Assembly (NCBI RefSeq): GCF_006345805.1 | Contig: NC_043008.1 | Location: 7,254,001 to 7,318,000 of the forward strand | Reading direction: 5' to 3' | From: Octopus sinensis | Taxonomy: Eukaryota | Length of the DNA: 64,000 bases | Part shown: one piece after another, positions 40,665 through 55,610 of the stretch | Position numbering within the stretch: position 1 is the first letter of the stretch | Layout: every line of letters begins with the position of its first letter | Notes under the pieces: model-generated | The model's input: the letters and a program-made list of their open reading frames with translations, nothing else | What the model was told of the DNA's origin: nothing | Database searches by the model: none | Program-made: the position numbers and the translations under genes

Positions 40665-42296
40665 CATATATATATATATACATATATATATACATATATA
40701 CATATATATATACATATATATATACATATATATATATACATATATATATATACATATATATACACACACATATATATATACATATATATACACACACATA
40801 TATATACACATATATATATATGTATATATATATACACAAACACACACACACTCACACACACACAAACACACACGCACTCACACACACACACATATATATA
40901 TATACATATAAACACGTACACACACAAACGCACACACACACAGGCACACACAGATCGTCAACTCACTTTTTTCTTTCACCACAAACTCCAAACAAAATCT
41001 AAATTTTATTTCTTACTTTTATTTTTCTGTGTAAATCATTTTCATTTTTTTTTTTTTACCTTCGAATCAAATAATATTGCATAAAATAAAATGTGAGGAC
41101 TGATTGTAATTAATGTAGGGTCTAGCTATGAGAATAAAATTGATTTGAATACGCCGCACATAAACATAAACCCAGTCCTAGATGAAAGGTGAGAATTGTT
41201 GTTTTGAAACCTCAAGATGAAATAGCTGTAAACTAAATTAGCATTCGCCAGCGATATGATGATACTGATAATAATAATAATGTGGATGTCTACACAATTT
41301 TAATCTGAAGTTACATGAAGTATGTAACCGTAACTTAGTCTGAATTTGCATTTTAACCAGGAGAGGGGTACAGGGGGAGAATCTATTGAGTGTGTTCAAT
41401 TGTATGGCTTTGTTTTTAGAATAATTTTGCTGCGTAGACATTGTTCTTATTCCTCTGGCGTCGATTAAATAATTATCGTTCCAAAACCGGGGTCGATTAT
41501 ATTAACTAATGAACTAATGACCTTTTAACAAAGAAAAAGGTTGCCTTTTTGCATATGCTAGAAATCATTATCAAGCGAACAATAAACCACCTGTCGCTTT
41601 GTAAATTGCGAGGTACAAACACGATTGATTTTAATATATACATACAAGGTCTGTGATCTTACCGTTTTTAACATCCATTATACTTATTTTAACAGACATG
41701 TCTCGTAATGAATCATTCTTACTTCTTTTAATGTGTCAATGTTAAGTGCAACTATGGTAAACATAATTACACTTCTTCAACATCTTGTCTGAAACACAGA
41801 CGTGGCGTCAGAAGAAATCTAATGAGGTGTCTTGACTACGTTCGTTTGCACTCTTTAATACGATAACGCCTGTAAAAGGTGTACAAAACACTGTCAGAAC
41901 AGCATATCTTTCACTGCAAAATCGCTGATAATTTTTTTTTCTTTATAGACAGACGGTAAGCTGTTACTGTATAGTAAATACCTATTGGTTGCAAGAGAGA
42001 CTGAAATATAAGTCACCATTATCCGGTACCCATGTCTATCATGTGTAGCTCTAATTAACACATCATGTTACCATGTATTTGCATAATGTTAGTCTCACAA
42101 ATATACACAAATGTCAACTAATCTCAAGTAGGCGCGAATGGAATGTTAACTACAGAGAACAAAGTCAAAGAGTTTATACGACGATCAAGAAAACTCACGT
42201 GCATGTGTGTATACACACACACATATATAATGTATATGTATATATATAATATAATATATATATTATATATATATTATATAATATAATATATATATG

Positions 42297-42335
<39 letters not shown>

Positions 42336-42358
42336 ATATATATATATATATATATATA

Positions 42359-42404
<46 letters not shown>

Positions 42405-42426
42405 TATATGTATATATATATATGTA

Positions 42427-42595
42427 TGCAGACATGGCTGTGTGGCATGTACATATGGTTGCTTCCCAACCATATAGTTTCGAGTTCGATCCCACTGCGT
42501 GGCACCTTGGGAGTATGGCTTCTATTATAGCCACGGGCCCACCAAATCATTTTGATATTGTAGACGGAGACTGAAAGAAGCCCGTCGTATATATT
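42427..42595 (+). mobile_element. SINE family A, 5' half
   Basis: gcagacatggctgtgtgg...cccactgcgtggcaccttggg...ctgaaagaagcccgtcg. Confidence 0.8.
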
Positions 42596-43089
42596 TAGCC
42601 ATTTGACACAGCAGTCACACACACATACACACACATATAAATTTAATTTACAATCATCGGAATACTTATTGGGTGCGCATGTATGTATATATTCTTTAAA
42701 GTTTCCTAATATTTATGTATCTATTCATTCATTCAATGGTTGAACGGTGTATTGTGAAACCATTTGGAAAGTAGGATGCACTATTCACGAAGCTTTCTAA
42801 TTGATTTGATAATAATTTATTCCAGACAATCTTGAGATGTACCATTTTCATTCATGTATAACAATATGCCGCCTTGATTTGAAACCGGTATCATAAGAGT
42901 CAATGCAAAACAACCACCGTCCCTCGAGTCCGTCTGTAACTTCTGTCGTTTATTATTTTAAAAATACCGATAAATACTCACGCTTTGTGTCCGCTTGCAT
43001 CAACAAATTCTTGCTTGCATCACCAGATGTATGTATATATGTATGTATGTATGTATGTACGTATGTATGTATGCATTTATGTATGTATT

Positions 43090-43600
<511 letters not shown>

Positions 43601-43750
43601 ATATATATATATGTATGTATATATGCGTCTGTCTTTCTACCGGTCTCTCTGTCCGTCTGTCTGTCTATCTATCTATCTATATTTCTATATATATTTATAC
43701 ACAAACAAACTCAAACACATACATATATAAGCACACGTGCACAGACATAA

Positions 43751-43785
<35 letters not shown>

Positions 43786-44644
43786 CGCACACAAACGCAC
43801 ACATATAAATGCATACACATTCATCACACACGCGTGGATGATGCCCACGTGAAATATTTATTCGTTTATTCAATTACTTTCTCATTCATTTAACAGGTAA
43901 GCGGCTGCGTATTTCTCTGATATGTGGACCTTTATGTTAATCTTCCCGCATAATCAACGGGACACGGTTGGTTACAACGTTTTGTCTTTAATTACCGACC
44001 AACCAGTTCTAGGTTTACAAATATCTTATGCACCCCATAACATTTGCACCGTCGCCTATCCGTCTGCCTCACACCGTTTACAAGTATTTGTCAACTTGTG
44101 GTTATGGTGCAAGCCTTTTAGAATGGAGCACTGAAATATCCCTGTCTTTGAGTAAAAGAAAATATAGAAAAATCAAATAATTAGGATTTTATTCGGTATT
44201 TTCTTGTTTCAGATTCAAACACTTATTGCAGTGGTGCTCCAGTCTTTCTAAGCCCTGTAAAATAAAAAAAATCGGAAGTTTGAGCCTCCATCCGGGCCCT
44301 TCGTGATACCCTCAAAGCCAGAAACTTTATATGTGTGCGTGTATGTGTGTGTGTAAACATAGATATCGAAATATATGCATAGGTGTGTAGTGTACCGCAA
44401 AACCAGTCATATTACTAAAAGTTTTGGGCGTAATAAACATGTTAATAAACATGTTGAACGCTTATGTTTGGCTAGTTTGACACTGACACAAGATCTCAGC
44501 ATAGGCCAGCATATATTGTTCGGGGTGCAGTATATATCAATAAGAATTTCAGAAAGCATAAACATAATTGGTATTTTTAAGCTTCAGAAAACAAGCCCGT
44601 TTCCGCTTGCGGAAGAGCGCGCCCTTTATAGAAAGCTTGTAAAT

Positions 44645-44877
44645 AAGGCGGCGAGCTGGCAGAATCGTTAGCACGCCGGGCGAAATGCTTAACTGCATTT
44701 CGTCCGTCTTTACGTTCTGAGTTCAAATTCCGCCGAGGTCGACTTTGCCTTTCATCCTTTCGGGGTCGATTAAATAAGTACCAGTTACGAACTGGGGTCG
44801 ATATAATCGGCTTAATCCGTTTGTTTGTCCTTGTTTGTCCTCTCTGTGTTTAGCCCCTTGTGGGTAATAAAGAAATA
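44645..44877 (+). mobile_element. SINE family B, full length
   Basis: Consensus-like copy with 17-bp TSD agaaagcttgtaaataa at 44630-44646 and 44878-44894. Confidence 0.92.
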
Positions 44878-45240
44878 AGAAAGCTTGTAAATAACAATTT
44901 CGTTTCTGCGTTTCTAATTGATAGATAATAAAGCTTCAATTTATAGGCTATAGTGTATTCAGAAATGTTCTGCAATACTCAATATATATTTTTTCAACCT
45001 AGAGTGAAGCATGAAAAACAATTAAATTGTGGAAAAATTCAATGAAATGTTATTTAAAAATATTTCCATAGTTTTCAAATGCAAGAGACATTTTCCTTTC
45101 TTCTATCTGTCTGTCTGTCTCTCTTTTACCCTTGTGAGGGCTTGATAGTAGGTAGTATGTAGTAGCAATCTTAAAAGAATATTTGATATGAGTTCTTGGT
45201 TTTGATTGTTTAAGCAGCAGTAGCCGAGGAGGGAGACGGC

Positions 45241-45519
45241 GAAGAAGAAGAAGAAGAAGAAGAAGAGAAGAAGAAGAAGAAGAAGAAGAAGAAGAAAAAA
45301 GAAGAAGAAGAAGAAGAAGAGAAAAAGAAGAAGAAGAAAAAAGAAGAAGAAGAAGAAAGAAGAAGAAGAAAAAAAGAAGAAGACGAAAAAAAGAAGAAGA
45401 AGAAGACAAAGAAGAAGAAGAAAAAAGAAGAAGACAAAGAAGAAGACGAAGAAGAAGAAGAAGAAGGAGAAGAAGAAGAAGAAGAAGAAAGAAGAAGAAG
45501 AAGAAGAAGAAGAAGAAGA
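45241..45519. repeat. (GAA)n microsatellite
   Basis: Read directly. Similar tracts at ~57345-57790 (TTC) and ~62372-62630 (GAA). Confidence 0.95.
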
Positions 45520-47224
45520 CGGGAGTGGTATGACAGCAGTAAGATGTTGGTGGAATCCTCTTGAATGGTCAAGTGACCTAAAAGTGACTTGTTGTGGTTG
45601 TAATAGTAGTGATTGGAATTCTTCTGAATAAATTCATGGGTAGTGACTCTTCTGAATATATTATTTTTAATATTTGCGTGGGTATTATTCTAAGGCCCTT
45701 GTAGTAGTGTCATTTGTGGTGGACGCATTCAAAAGGGGTTTATATTTTGAGATTAAATATGACAGTTTGCTAATGCGCCAATTGCAGGTCTGTGTGTGTG
45801 TGTGTTTCTGTATATCGTTTGAAATATTTGGCTGTGTACCCGTTGTAGGATGTGATAGCGGTTAAAACGTGAATTACTTGAAACCAGGAAGAAACAAAAT
45901 ATTCGCTTATTAGGGTTTTTGAAAAACAGATATTTCAGACGATGACTACAGTATTATAATTATTGAAATATTTATTAGGGAAGAGGATTAAGAGACTGGT
46001 ACACGAGAGAGTGCACTCCGACGGTATTACTAATTCAGAATGTTATGAGAGGTGAAAAAGAGGAATTTTATGCGAAGAGGGAAGAGAAAACGTTATTGAT
46101 TTTGGTCGATATTCATGTTATTGGTTTTATGGTATTTAGGAACAGATTTTCGCTTATGAGTACATGGAGAATCTAACTCTGTAATTATTCATATTTTTCG
46201 TTGGTGTGTCAGAATTGATCAAATTTCTAGGAGAAGGATAGCACTTCATTGCGTATTTCCTGTTGATTTAGTTAAGAGTTGGCGTTTATTAATGACATAA
46301 TAACTACTATTAAAGACATAAACGCCAAGAGGTTGTATTATTGTTACCTGCAACCGCATCAAGTTTGCAATAAATATTATGAAACAGAAACAATTGCCTG
46401 TTGCTAGCCCCGTGCCCAATCTGGGTTATAACATGTGTTATGTTTGTTACGGACGTCCGTCACACGTTCTGTACAAGATGAGTTTTATTTTCATTTTTTC
46501 TCTGTAAGTCAGGAGGGAAAGAAAAGCTTATACTTAAAGTTCTTACCCACTTCCACTGGCTACTCATGGTGCTAAGTGGTGGTATTAGATTAAATTTACG
46601 TCTAAAAATAATCTTGGTGTTATTTGAAATCAAAAACCACAGAAACGGAACAATTAACCTAAGATTATGACCCATCGTTGATTCTTTTTTGTCAACCCTT
46701 CAACTTAAAATGGTGAGTTTCATTCGAGCACCGATGTGATGAAAAATCAGAAATTCACTGCATTTGAAATTCAACCAAGAGCGCAGAGAATTGAAGCAAA
46801 ATACGAACAAATCTGCCATTTTGCCGATCGTAGACACAAAATACAGGTAACAGTGAATTCATTTTGTATATCCTATATGTAACGTTACGAAAATTCATAT
46901 TCTATTTATCGAGAAATATACAGCCGCGAAAATGTTATTCCCAATTATTGCAACAAACTGTGATAAAAGGAAAAGTATGAAATGGACGTCAAAACTAGAA
47001 GAATAAATGGTAAGAAAAATGCGTTAGATATATTAAGACCCTCTGTCAAGTGGCGAGATGCTTCTGCTACAAAAGTATTGTGATATGATTAATGCAGTTC
47101 CTGTTAAAACTTGAAACTGCATATTTCTGAGTTGACTAAAACATTTTACACAAAAATACCAGCGGGTAAATCGGAAAATTCTGTAGTTTGAATGATTTCT
47201 CACTCAAATATTTCCTGATATAGC

Positions 47225-48166
47225 ACCCGGAAGGAGAGATGGACGAGGAGAGAGTGACCTCCTCCGAAAAAAAGGGGAGAAAAAGGAAGAAGGGGAGCAA
47301 CAATGGTTGCTCTCCGAGAGGTCCCGAGGTTGCGGGAGGAAGCGAGATCCTGTTGGCGGGAATTGTGCCGCCAACGGTAGAATTGACTACCACGACCCTG
47401 GAGGAAGACGAATTATTGATCTCCTACAGAGGGGGAGAGGTAGAAAAGGTAGTGGAAAAAAACTATAAGGAAATACCTTTAACTTCCACACGGGAACTCG
47501 AATGGTCTCTGCAGATAGCTGTGGAGGCCATAACGTTGCCCGAGATACGAAGGCTGGAGGGACTCAAAGAGAAATATCGCTTGTGGCCGGGCGACGCCGA
47601 CTCGGAGCCCGCCTGGGTTTTAAACGAGTCGTGGGTAATGGCGGAGTATACAAGCACAAGCGATGTCGGGGAGAAAAATTGACAAGAGGTTGAAAAGCCT
47701 CAATGTAATATATATTTCTTTATTGCCCAAGAGGGGACAAACAAGGACAGATACACGGATTAAGTCGATTACAGCGACTCCAGTGCGTAACTGGTACTTT
47801 ATTCATCGACCCCTAAAGGATGAAAAGCAAAGTCGACCTCGGTGGAATTTGAACTCAGAACGTAACGACAGACGAAATACTGCTATGCATTTCGACCGGC
47901 GCGCTAACGTTTCTGCCAGCTCGCCGCCTTAAAAGCCTGAATGTTATAAAGTTTAAATGTGTAAGAGGCTCAGCACCTCAATTTGTAAATGGACTATTAT
48001 GTCCAAAAATTGTAAAATCGAAGTAAAAGGTTCGTTACCTCGTTTTGTTTTTTGCATAAAATAATAATGTTTTAATTTGTAAATGGACAATTAAGTCCAA
48101 TAATTGTAAAACGTAAGTAAGAGGTTCAATACTTCGGTTTGTTTTTGTGTAAAAAATAATGTTTTA
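47225..48166 (+). other. GC-rich ORF-bearing fragment with tandemly duplicated 3' tail, probable retroelement remnant
   Basis: 147-aa non-repetitive ORF 47239-47682 in a sharply GC/purine-rich island. A SINE interrupts the sequence downstream, followed by two ~94-bp tandem units starting aatttgtaaatggac at 47980 and 48074. No domain recognised. Confidence 0.4.
47711..47930 (-). mobile_element. SINE family B, full length
   Basis: Reverse consensus. TSD aaaagcct(c/g)aatgt(a/t)ata at 47693-47710 and 47931-47948. Confidence 0.9.
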
Positions 48167-48305
48167 GAGAAGCAAAATATCTGCGGGCGTTTTTTGTTTT
48201 CTCCCATTAATATCATTTTACTTCATTATTCATCTCATCAATGTTTCTGTCCAGCCCGCAAGCTACCCTGTATCATGCCTTTATGGTAAACTTTTTTGAA
48301 ATAAT

Positions 48306-48447
48306 GTAGCTTGCTGACGGACCACATGGTTCCGGGTTCAGTCCCACTGCGTGGCACCTTGGGCAAGTGTCTTCTACTATAGCCTTAGGCCGACCAAAGA
48401 CTTGGGAGTGGATTTAGTAGACGGAAACTGAAAGAAGCACGTCGTAC

Positions 48448-48503
<56 letters not shown>

Positions 48504-48716
48504 ATATGTTTGTGTCTGTGTTTGTCTCCCCAGCGTCGCTTGACAACCGATGCTGGTGTGTTTACGTCCCCGTAACATAGCGGTTCGGCAAAAGAGACCG
48601 ATATGATAAATCCTAGGCGTACAAAGAATAAGAGCTGGGGTCGATTTGCTCGACTAAAGGCTGTGCTCCAGCATGGCCGCAGTCAAATTTCTGAAACAAG
48701 TAAAAGAATAAAGAAT
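48306..48716 (+). mobile_element. SINE family A, slightly 5'-truncated
   Basis: accacatggttccgggttcagtcccactgcgtggcaccttgggcaag...ccagcatggccgcagtc...aagtaaaagaataaagaata. Confidence 0.9.
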
Positions 48717-51700
48717 ATTCCCAAGTTAAATAGCTATTTTTTAAAACACTGTAGATACTCGAGTTGCTAGAAATAGCAGCAAAGTTTCCTCTAAATCAGC
48801 GTTAAAGAAATTCAGTGACGAATAAAATGGAACCTGAGTGTTTAAAGTACAACTCAATTTTATATTAAATATGCATAAAAAATACTGGAACAAAATTAAC
48901 AAAAGAAACATTTGTCATATTTATGATACAAGAAAATTTATTATGCATCAAATAAATGTTTATTAATTATTCTTAGAATATTTCAAATTTTATCTCAGAA
49001 AATGGAATAAAATATACACTTAGAAAAATTTCATTTTTTCTACACAAATTTACTATTAAAGACCTAAACACCAAGAGACTGTATTATTAGTACATGCGAC
49101 CACAACATGCTTGGCAAGGCGTTTACTTAGATTTCATAGTTTTTCACATCAACTGTACTTTGTTCAAACAATTTTTATGCAACCAACCAAAAATTATGAA
49201 ATAAAATATCAAAAAAATCTAATTGCTGTTATATGTGTGATGCAAAAACAAACTCTTTATTGTTCATATAATATTTATTAATCATATTTAAAATAATTTC
49301 AAATGTTAGAATAATATATGTAAATAATCAATATTCAGTTTTTAAAATTAAATATTTGTTGAACATTTTCTTTTCTTAACACTAATTTACTATTTCGGAA
49401 ATAAAAAAAAAATTAATAAAATCGTATTAATATTCTGTGCAATAGCAACGAAAAGCAAAAAGTTTTCTTAGATTTCGTATTTTGTTTTAATCTGTCGCGA
49501 TTACAGTTTGAGCAAAAATATATTTTATCAATAAACGATGAAATGTGAATGAGTAACACAAACTATTTCACAGAGAAGGAACAAGAGTCAGACATCCTGT
49601 AACGAAATCGAGGATGAAAGAAAGAGATGGGGGAAAACTTAAATAACTAAAAGAATCTTTCAAAGACAAATACGAGAAAAGCTTTCTCGATATTATCAAG
49701 AAGACATTTTGACTTAGAATAATAATAAATAAAATAGAGATTTTTGGAAATAGCTTTCGCAACAGTAGCGAGAACGTATGCAGCCATAAACTGCTGTGTA
49801 GCACAGAGCAGTACCACTACAGTTCTCGCAAGAACAACAGTAACATAGTTTAGAAGGAGATACACAGTAGAATTGTCAAATTCACAGTGATTTTCTCCGG
49901 AGTAAATGCCACGGCTAATATTTTATATAGAAATTAATCGTCAAAGAAGAAGAAGGCCTAGCAAGAGGTCTAGACGTAGCTGTCATAGTAATCTGTCAAA
50001 GTCGAGGCTATGTTGTTGTGAGGTGTCGTGATTCTAACGTGCTAATTAATGTTCAGGGGAGGTCACATTTGTTGATCGTTGACAAGTTGTCAACTTCAGT
50101 TAATCCATTGCTCTATTTATCTAATTTACGTGATGAGCTACATAAAATTTTCATAGTTAATCCACCAGAGACAATAATACTTGCGAAATAAAAATTGTTA
50201 TCATACGTGAAGTCTGATGACAAACGATGGCACAGTTTCAAGAGGCATTTCCGCTCACTGAAGAAACGGAGTTGTTTATAGATATTTTTGGCAAACCAAA
50301 AAATTCGCCATTCAGATTACAAACGTTTTTTACGATTCAAATTGGTTGGATTATAATGGAAGTAAATAATCTTGATATTATTAATTTCCGTCCGCTGCAT
50401 TCTTCTTACTAAATCAGCAAATAGCAAATTACGCACAATTATTGCTGGTTGCTCAAAAAGAAATTGATGCTGGCACCGTACCAGGACATATTTCTGTTGG
50501 ATTCTATCTTGACAACAGGGCGGATGGCAAACGTTGCGGGAGGTACAACTTGCATACATAGCATAATTCTTTTTTATTTGGATACTTGGTAATGACAAGG
50601 AAAATATCAACCAGGTAAAGCTCTAAGCAGAGAATAATTAGTTAATAGTGAGAACATTAAGCTGCTCTCAGCAAGCATAAGGTCAAACGATGGGATGTGT
50701 TTCTTTTCTTTCTTCCGAGTGGTTTAGATGGATGGCATCTGAATATACTGAACCATCTGTGACGACAGAAAAGCGATATGCTTTTAGTCTTACGGGAAAT
50801 GAAGAAAACTAAGTCGAGCAATATATTGCATCGCAGATACGACACTGTTTAATCCTACAGTTTTCTGCAAACCAATGTGCCAGAGTCCAGTCTGTTCGCT
50901 TGCAGTATATTGAAAGCAATCACTGGCCCGAAAAAGCAGCTCTCTACAAAGATCTCGCAAATGTTGTCGTTGTACGTGAAGGCAAACGGAAGGGAAGTCG
51001 GAACTTTCTCGCAAGTATATTTACAAGTAGTTCGACATATATGGCAATACACTACTAAGCTATTGTAAGGTAACTTCGGAATGCGAAGAGTTACCAAAGT
51101 GTGCTGGGGGTCGGGTGCACCTTCTGAAATATTGGAAGTTTAACCTTTAGCAAAACTTAACGTTTTAATGACTCATTATAGAAGAACTGAGTTCTAAAAG
51201 GCAAGAAAAAAAGAAGAAATTTACATAACTGTCATTTCTGTTTTGTAACAGGATATTAAAACAACACGTAGCAAGAAATCATCAATGTTGTTTCTGCTGA
51301 ACTTTCCAAGCTCAAATTGCGCGTACTTCTGATGTTTGTGGTTGGGTAAATAGCCTCATCTTACCTGATCTGTTTGGGAAACAGAATACATCAAGAATCG
51401 CTGCTGTGACGTCCTTTGAAGAACGTTAAATTGTGACAAATGTTATCATTGGTCACGCTGGTAATATGAATGTTGAAAACAAGTCGCTTTGTACTTCCCG
51501 GCAAATCTTAGTTATATAAAATATACGAGGCCACATTAATGTGTGCATCTGTCAACGCTATCATATACTCACATATGTACATGTCCAAAGATGTGGACCA
51601 TTCAATAATCTCGCTAGAAAAAGAACAAGATTGATGTTGTCCTCATATTCGTAGTGAATGGCAGCAGAATAGTTTACTATAAAAATTGTATGCATATTGG

Positions 51701-52741
51701 TTCATTAGAATTATGGTAGATACTCTTCGAATTCCTCGTTTATCTTCAGATTGACATGCCTCTTGAATAATGTATAAATTCTATCCAAACGACCCAGAAA
51801 ATGCCGTTGAACATTCTCCAATCAAATGAATTTGTGACTTAGTTTCATAAAAATACTGGAGATGCAAATTGAGAAACATTATATACTGCAACTTCCTTGA
51901 TGCTTATTAAACAAGGAACTCGTTGAATAAAACCTGGTGCAGAAAGACAAGCGACTAGATGTAATACCACAAACAAATCGGAAGAGTATATAGGCAGTCA
52001 ACCTGTCGCAGAGAAAAATGTTCTCTTTGAGACAATTGCTTTATTATAGAGTTAGAGATAAAAGCTTTAGTGATTTGTCTACTGTCAACAATGCATACTG
52101 CAGAAGCTTCAAACGAGATAGCCAAATATTCGCTCTGTTCAAAAATGATTGAATCTAGCAAATGTTCGTGGATGGAACTACGATAACTCATTTTATATAG
52201 AAACTCCAAAACTCATTCGTTACAATTTTTCAGTTCTTCTTTTCGCTAGATCGTTCAAATGGTTTGAAATTTCATATATAACAGAACTTTCAATGACTAT
52301 TGAAATTGCAATGGAAACTGCCATTAATGTCATATTCTGTGCACTGGACAACCAAAGATTGGACAGCAGTGTTGAGCAATTTCCAACAGTTAGGCAGCTG
52401 CGGACCATTAGCAATAAAATGTAGCTGTTAACATACTCTAGGGCCAGTTTTTATGATGCCGATGAATAAGTGCTAATGACAAAGTTGAAACACGGGCTCT
52501 TGTGTTTGCATACGGGCAATGACATGTTGCAATTAGCAGTCTTTCATCAAACGTTCTTAAGAATACTTGCAGACCAAAGAGAATTCAACCGTATAGCTAT
52601 AAACACATATCATAATGATGAATGCAGAATATTGACTACGAGCTGTGTAGAAATCATCTAAGAAAATATAAACATAACGTTTATAAAAGTTGGCAAGATA
52701 CGAAATTAACTATTTTAAAAATAGACTCTTTTAGGTAAATA

Positions 52742-53210
52742 ATATTGGTTTCCAGTTTTGTCACAAGTTCAGTAATTTCACGAAAGGCGCGAGGCCGATT
52801 ACATCGCCTACAGTGCTTAAACGGTACTTATTTTATCGATCTCGAAAGGATGATGGTTAAGGTTGATCTCGGTGAAATTTGAACACAGAACATAAAGACG
52901 AGCGAAATGCCGCTAAGCACTTTACCCGGCGTGCTAACAATCCTGCCAGCTGGCCGCCTTTTTTACGTAAATAGTATGAAATGATTGTTTAAGGCGCTGA
53001 GCAGGCAAAATGTTTAGCACGAGAAACTGTTTAGCAGCATTGCGTCCGCGTTTGCGATCTGAGTTTAAATTCGGCCGTGGTTCGGCTTTGTCTTTCTTCA
53101 TTTCGTGGTCGATAAAATAAGTACCAGTCGAGTACTGGAGTCGGCTTCATCGACTTTCCCCCTCCCCCATAGTTGTTGTGGCCTCATGATACAATTTAAA
53201 ATCAATATTA
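52742..53210. mobile_element. Divergent (head-to-head) pair of old family B SINEs
   Basis: Minus copy ~52742-52960 and plus copy ~52991-53210, about 30 bp apart. Confidence 0.75.
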
Positions 53211-54172
53211 AATTATTATTCATTCAGATTTAACCGAGAAAGACAATCACAATTTCTTTAAATTACTCAAATAAAACCGAAAATGATGTGTAAAATGAAT
53301 TTTCCTAAAATAAAATAAATCTGATATTAAGAAGTTTCTAATTCTTTCAACAACTCTTAGTATTTAAACTGAATATATCTATATTAAAGGAAGCCTTTTA
53401 AATGGACAAACTATTTAAAATCACAATTTCCATTTTTTTTTCTAGTTTGTCATCAGAATTTTGACTGTGTTGAATAAGAAATAATTCAAAGCTAAAATTA
53501 TAGAATTACATTGAAGCTCTACATAAAAGGATTAGCAATAATTCCTAGATAATCAATTTGGTTTTGTCTAAAGTTAGTTATGAAAATGTTTATAAATGTA
53601 AATTTTCCCGGGGTTCATGTTGAGATGACATCCAGATTTGAGCGAAGCAGCTGTATTTTGTGTAATATTCTTGTTTCTTTTGTAAGTAAATCGAGTTATT
53701 CGACATTTCCTCATTATTAATGGATGCAAACATAATAACAAAGTGTGTTAGTGCTGAGTTCCAATGTGATGCAAAACGCCATCTTGTTTCCGACTACAGA
53801 GACCAAGTAGCTTACAATGGTATTAAAAATTATGCTCAGAACACGATGATAACCATCAGCCGACTGACTATCCTACGATTTTCAAACGGAAACAATATTC
53901 AGAGATGAAGAACAGATAAATCAACGATTTCTACAACGCATATACAAAAATATCCATATGTAAAATAATAGTTAAGGCAGAAAGAAAGCAAAACAAAAAG
54001 GAGCAAAGTCCGTTCCACGACTTAAAACACTCCACAGGAAAGCATTTTCGCACACGGTTAAATAAATAAGACCAGCAGCAGACTTTAGGCTATAAACTAG
54101 GAGCAGAAAACAAATGCGAATAATATTCACAAATTTTTGAATATTCAGAGAATATATATGTTTAAGTATCGC

Positions 54173-54242
54173 TCGCTGAAATCAAATTAAATCTTGAAAT
54201 ATGAGTGCGTTGTAATGTCATATACACATGTAGGGATGCATG

Positions 54243-54300
<58 letters not shown>

Positions 54301-54390
54301 TGCATACATGCACGCATGTGTATATATAGGTATGTTTATCTTGATATAACAGCGTGCTCAAATTTCAAGATTTAATTTGATTTTAAGCGA
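54173..54390. repeat. Fold-back inverted repeat centred on (TA)n (MITE-like)
   Basis: tcgctgaaatcaaattaaatcttgaaatatgag... is inverted as ...ctcaaatttcaagatttaatttgattttaagcga; inner catg-rich flanks are also roughly inverted. Confidence 0.8.
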
Positions 54391-54401
54391 ACACATAAAC
54401 T

Positions 54402-54434
<33 letters not shown>

Positions 54435-54449
54435 ATATATATATATATC

Positions 54450-54483
<34 letters not shown>

Positions 54484-55206
54484 CACACATATAGGCATGT
54501 ATGTATTCATATGTAGAATTACATCATATGCACAAACATACATACGTATGTAGAAGCGCGTGCCATCGTAGAAATGCATCCACACGAACGCCCACATATA
54601 TGAATAAGTGTGTGTGTGTGTGTTTATTAATAATTTCTAAGAATGTGACCTTATTCGTTTATTGTAGATGACACTAGATCCATACATGAACGAATACATC
54701 CGAAACATAAAATGAAGCTTGTGTCAACATGACCACGTAAAGGTAAATGTTGAACAAACAAAACTAGACAAAACAGAAAGAGATATGAAAATGTCAAGAG
54801 AGTGTTTCTCTATTATATAAGGCCCGCTGATCTTCAGCTTTCAAACCCCAAAACAGTAGAGGAATGAAACTAGAAAGCAAAACCAGTGGAATACAAAACG
54901 TCAATTGGAAAAATACGTGAGAAACTGCAGGATATGTGAAATCTTTTATCCATTTTTTGTGTTTTTCAATATATCTAACTTCCGCGTATTTGAATGTGAA
55001 CTTCGCTTCGCTCGTCCTCTTCCTCCTCCTCCTCCTCTCTTCCATTTTCATTTTTGGAAAATAGCTTCGTCGTCGATTCTCTCCTCCTTCTCGTATCTCT
55101 TTCTCTTTCTCTTTCTCTGCGTCTGACTCTTTCTTTTTCACTCTTTTCTCTCTCTCTCTTCGTCCTTCATTTATTCTTCCTCCTTCTCCACCTAATCATA
55201 CTAACT

Positions 55207-55502
55207 TACTACTACTACTACTACTGCTGCTGCTGCCGCTACTAGTACTACTACTACTATTGAGGCTGCTAGTATGTCGCCCTCACCTTCTCCTCCTCCT
55301 CCCCTACATCGACAACAACAACAACTACTACTACTACAACTACTACCACTACTACAACTACATCTGCTACTACTACTACTACTACCAGCAGCACCACCAC
55401 CACCACTACCACTACTACTGCTGCTACCACCACGACCACCACCATTACTACTACTACTACTACTACAACTATTACTGCTGCTATTACTACTACTACTACT
55501 AT

Positions 55503-55547
<45 letters not shown>

Positions 55548-55610
55548 CGCTACTGCTACTGCTGCTGCTATTACTACTTCTGCCGCTGCCGCTGCTGCTG
55601 CTGTTGCTGG
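55207..55610. repeat. (TAC)n/(TGC)n/(CAC)n compound trinucleotide tract
   Basis: Read directly. Confidence 0.95.
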
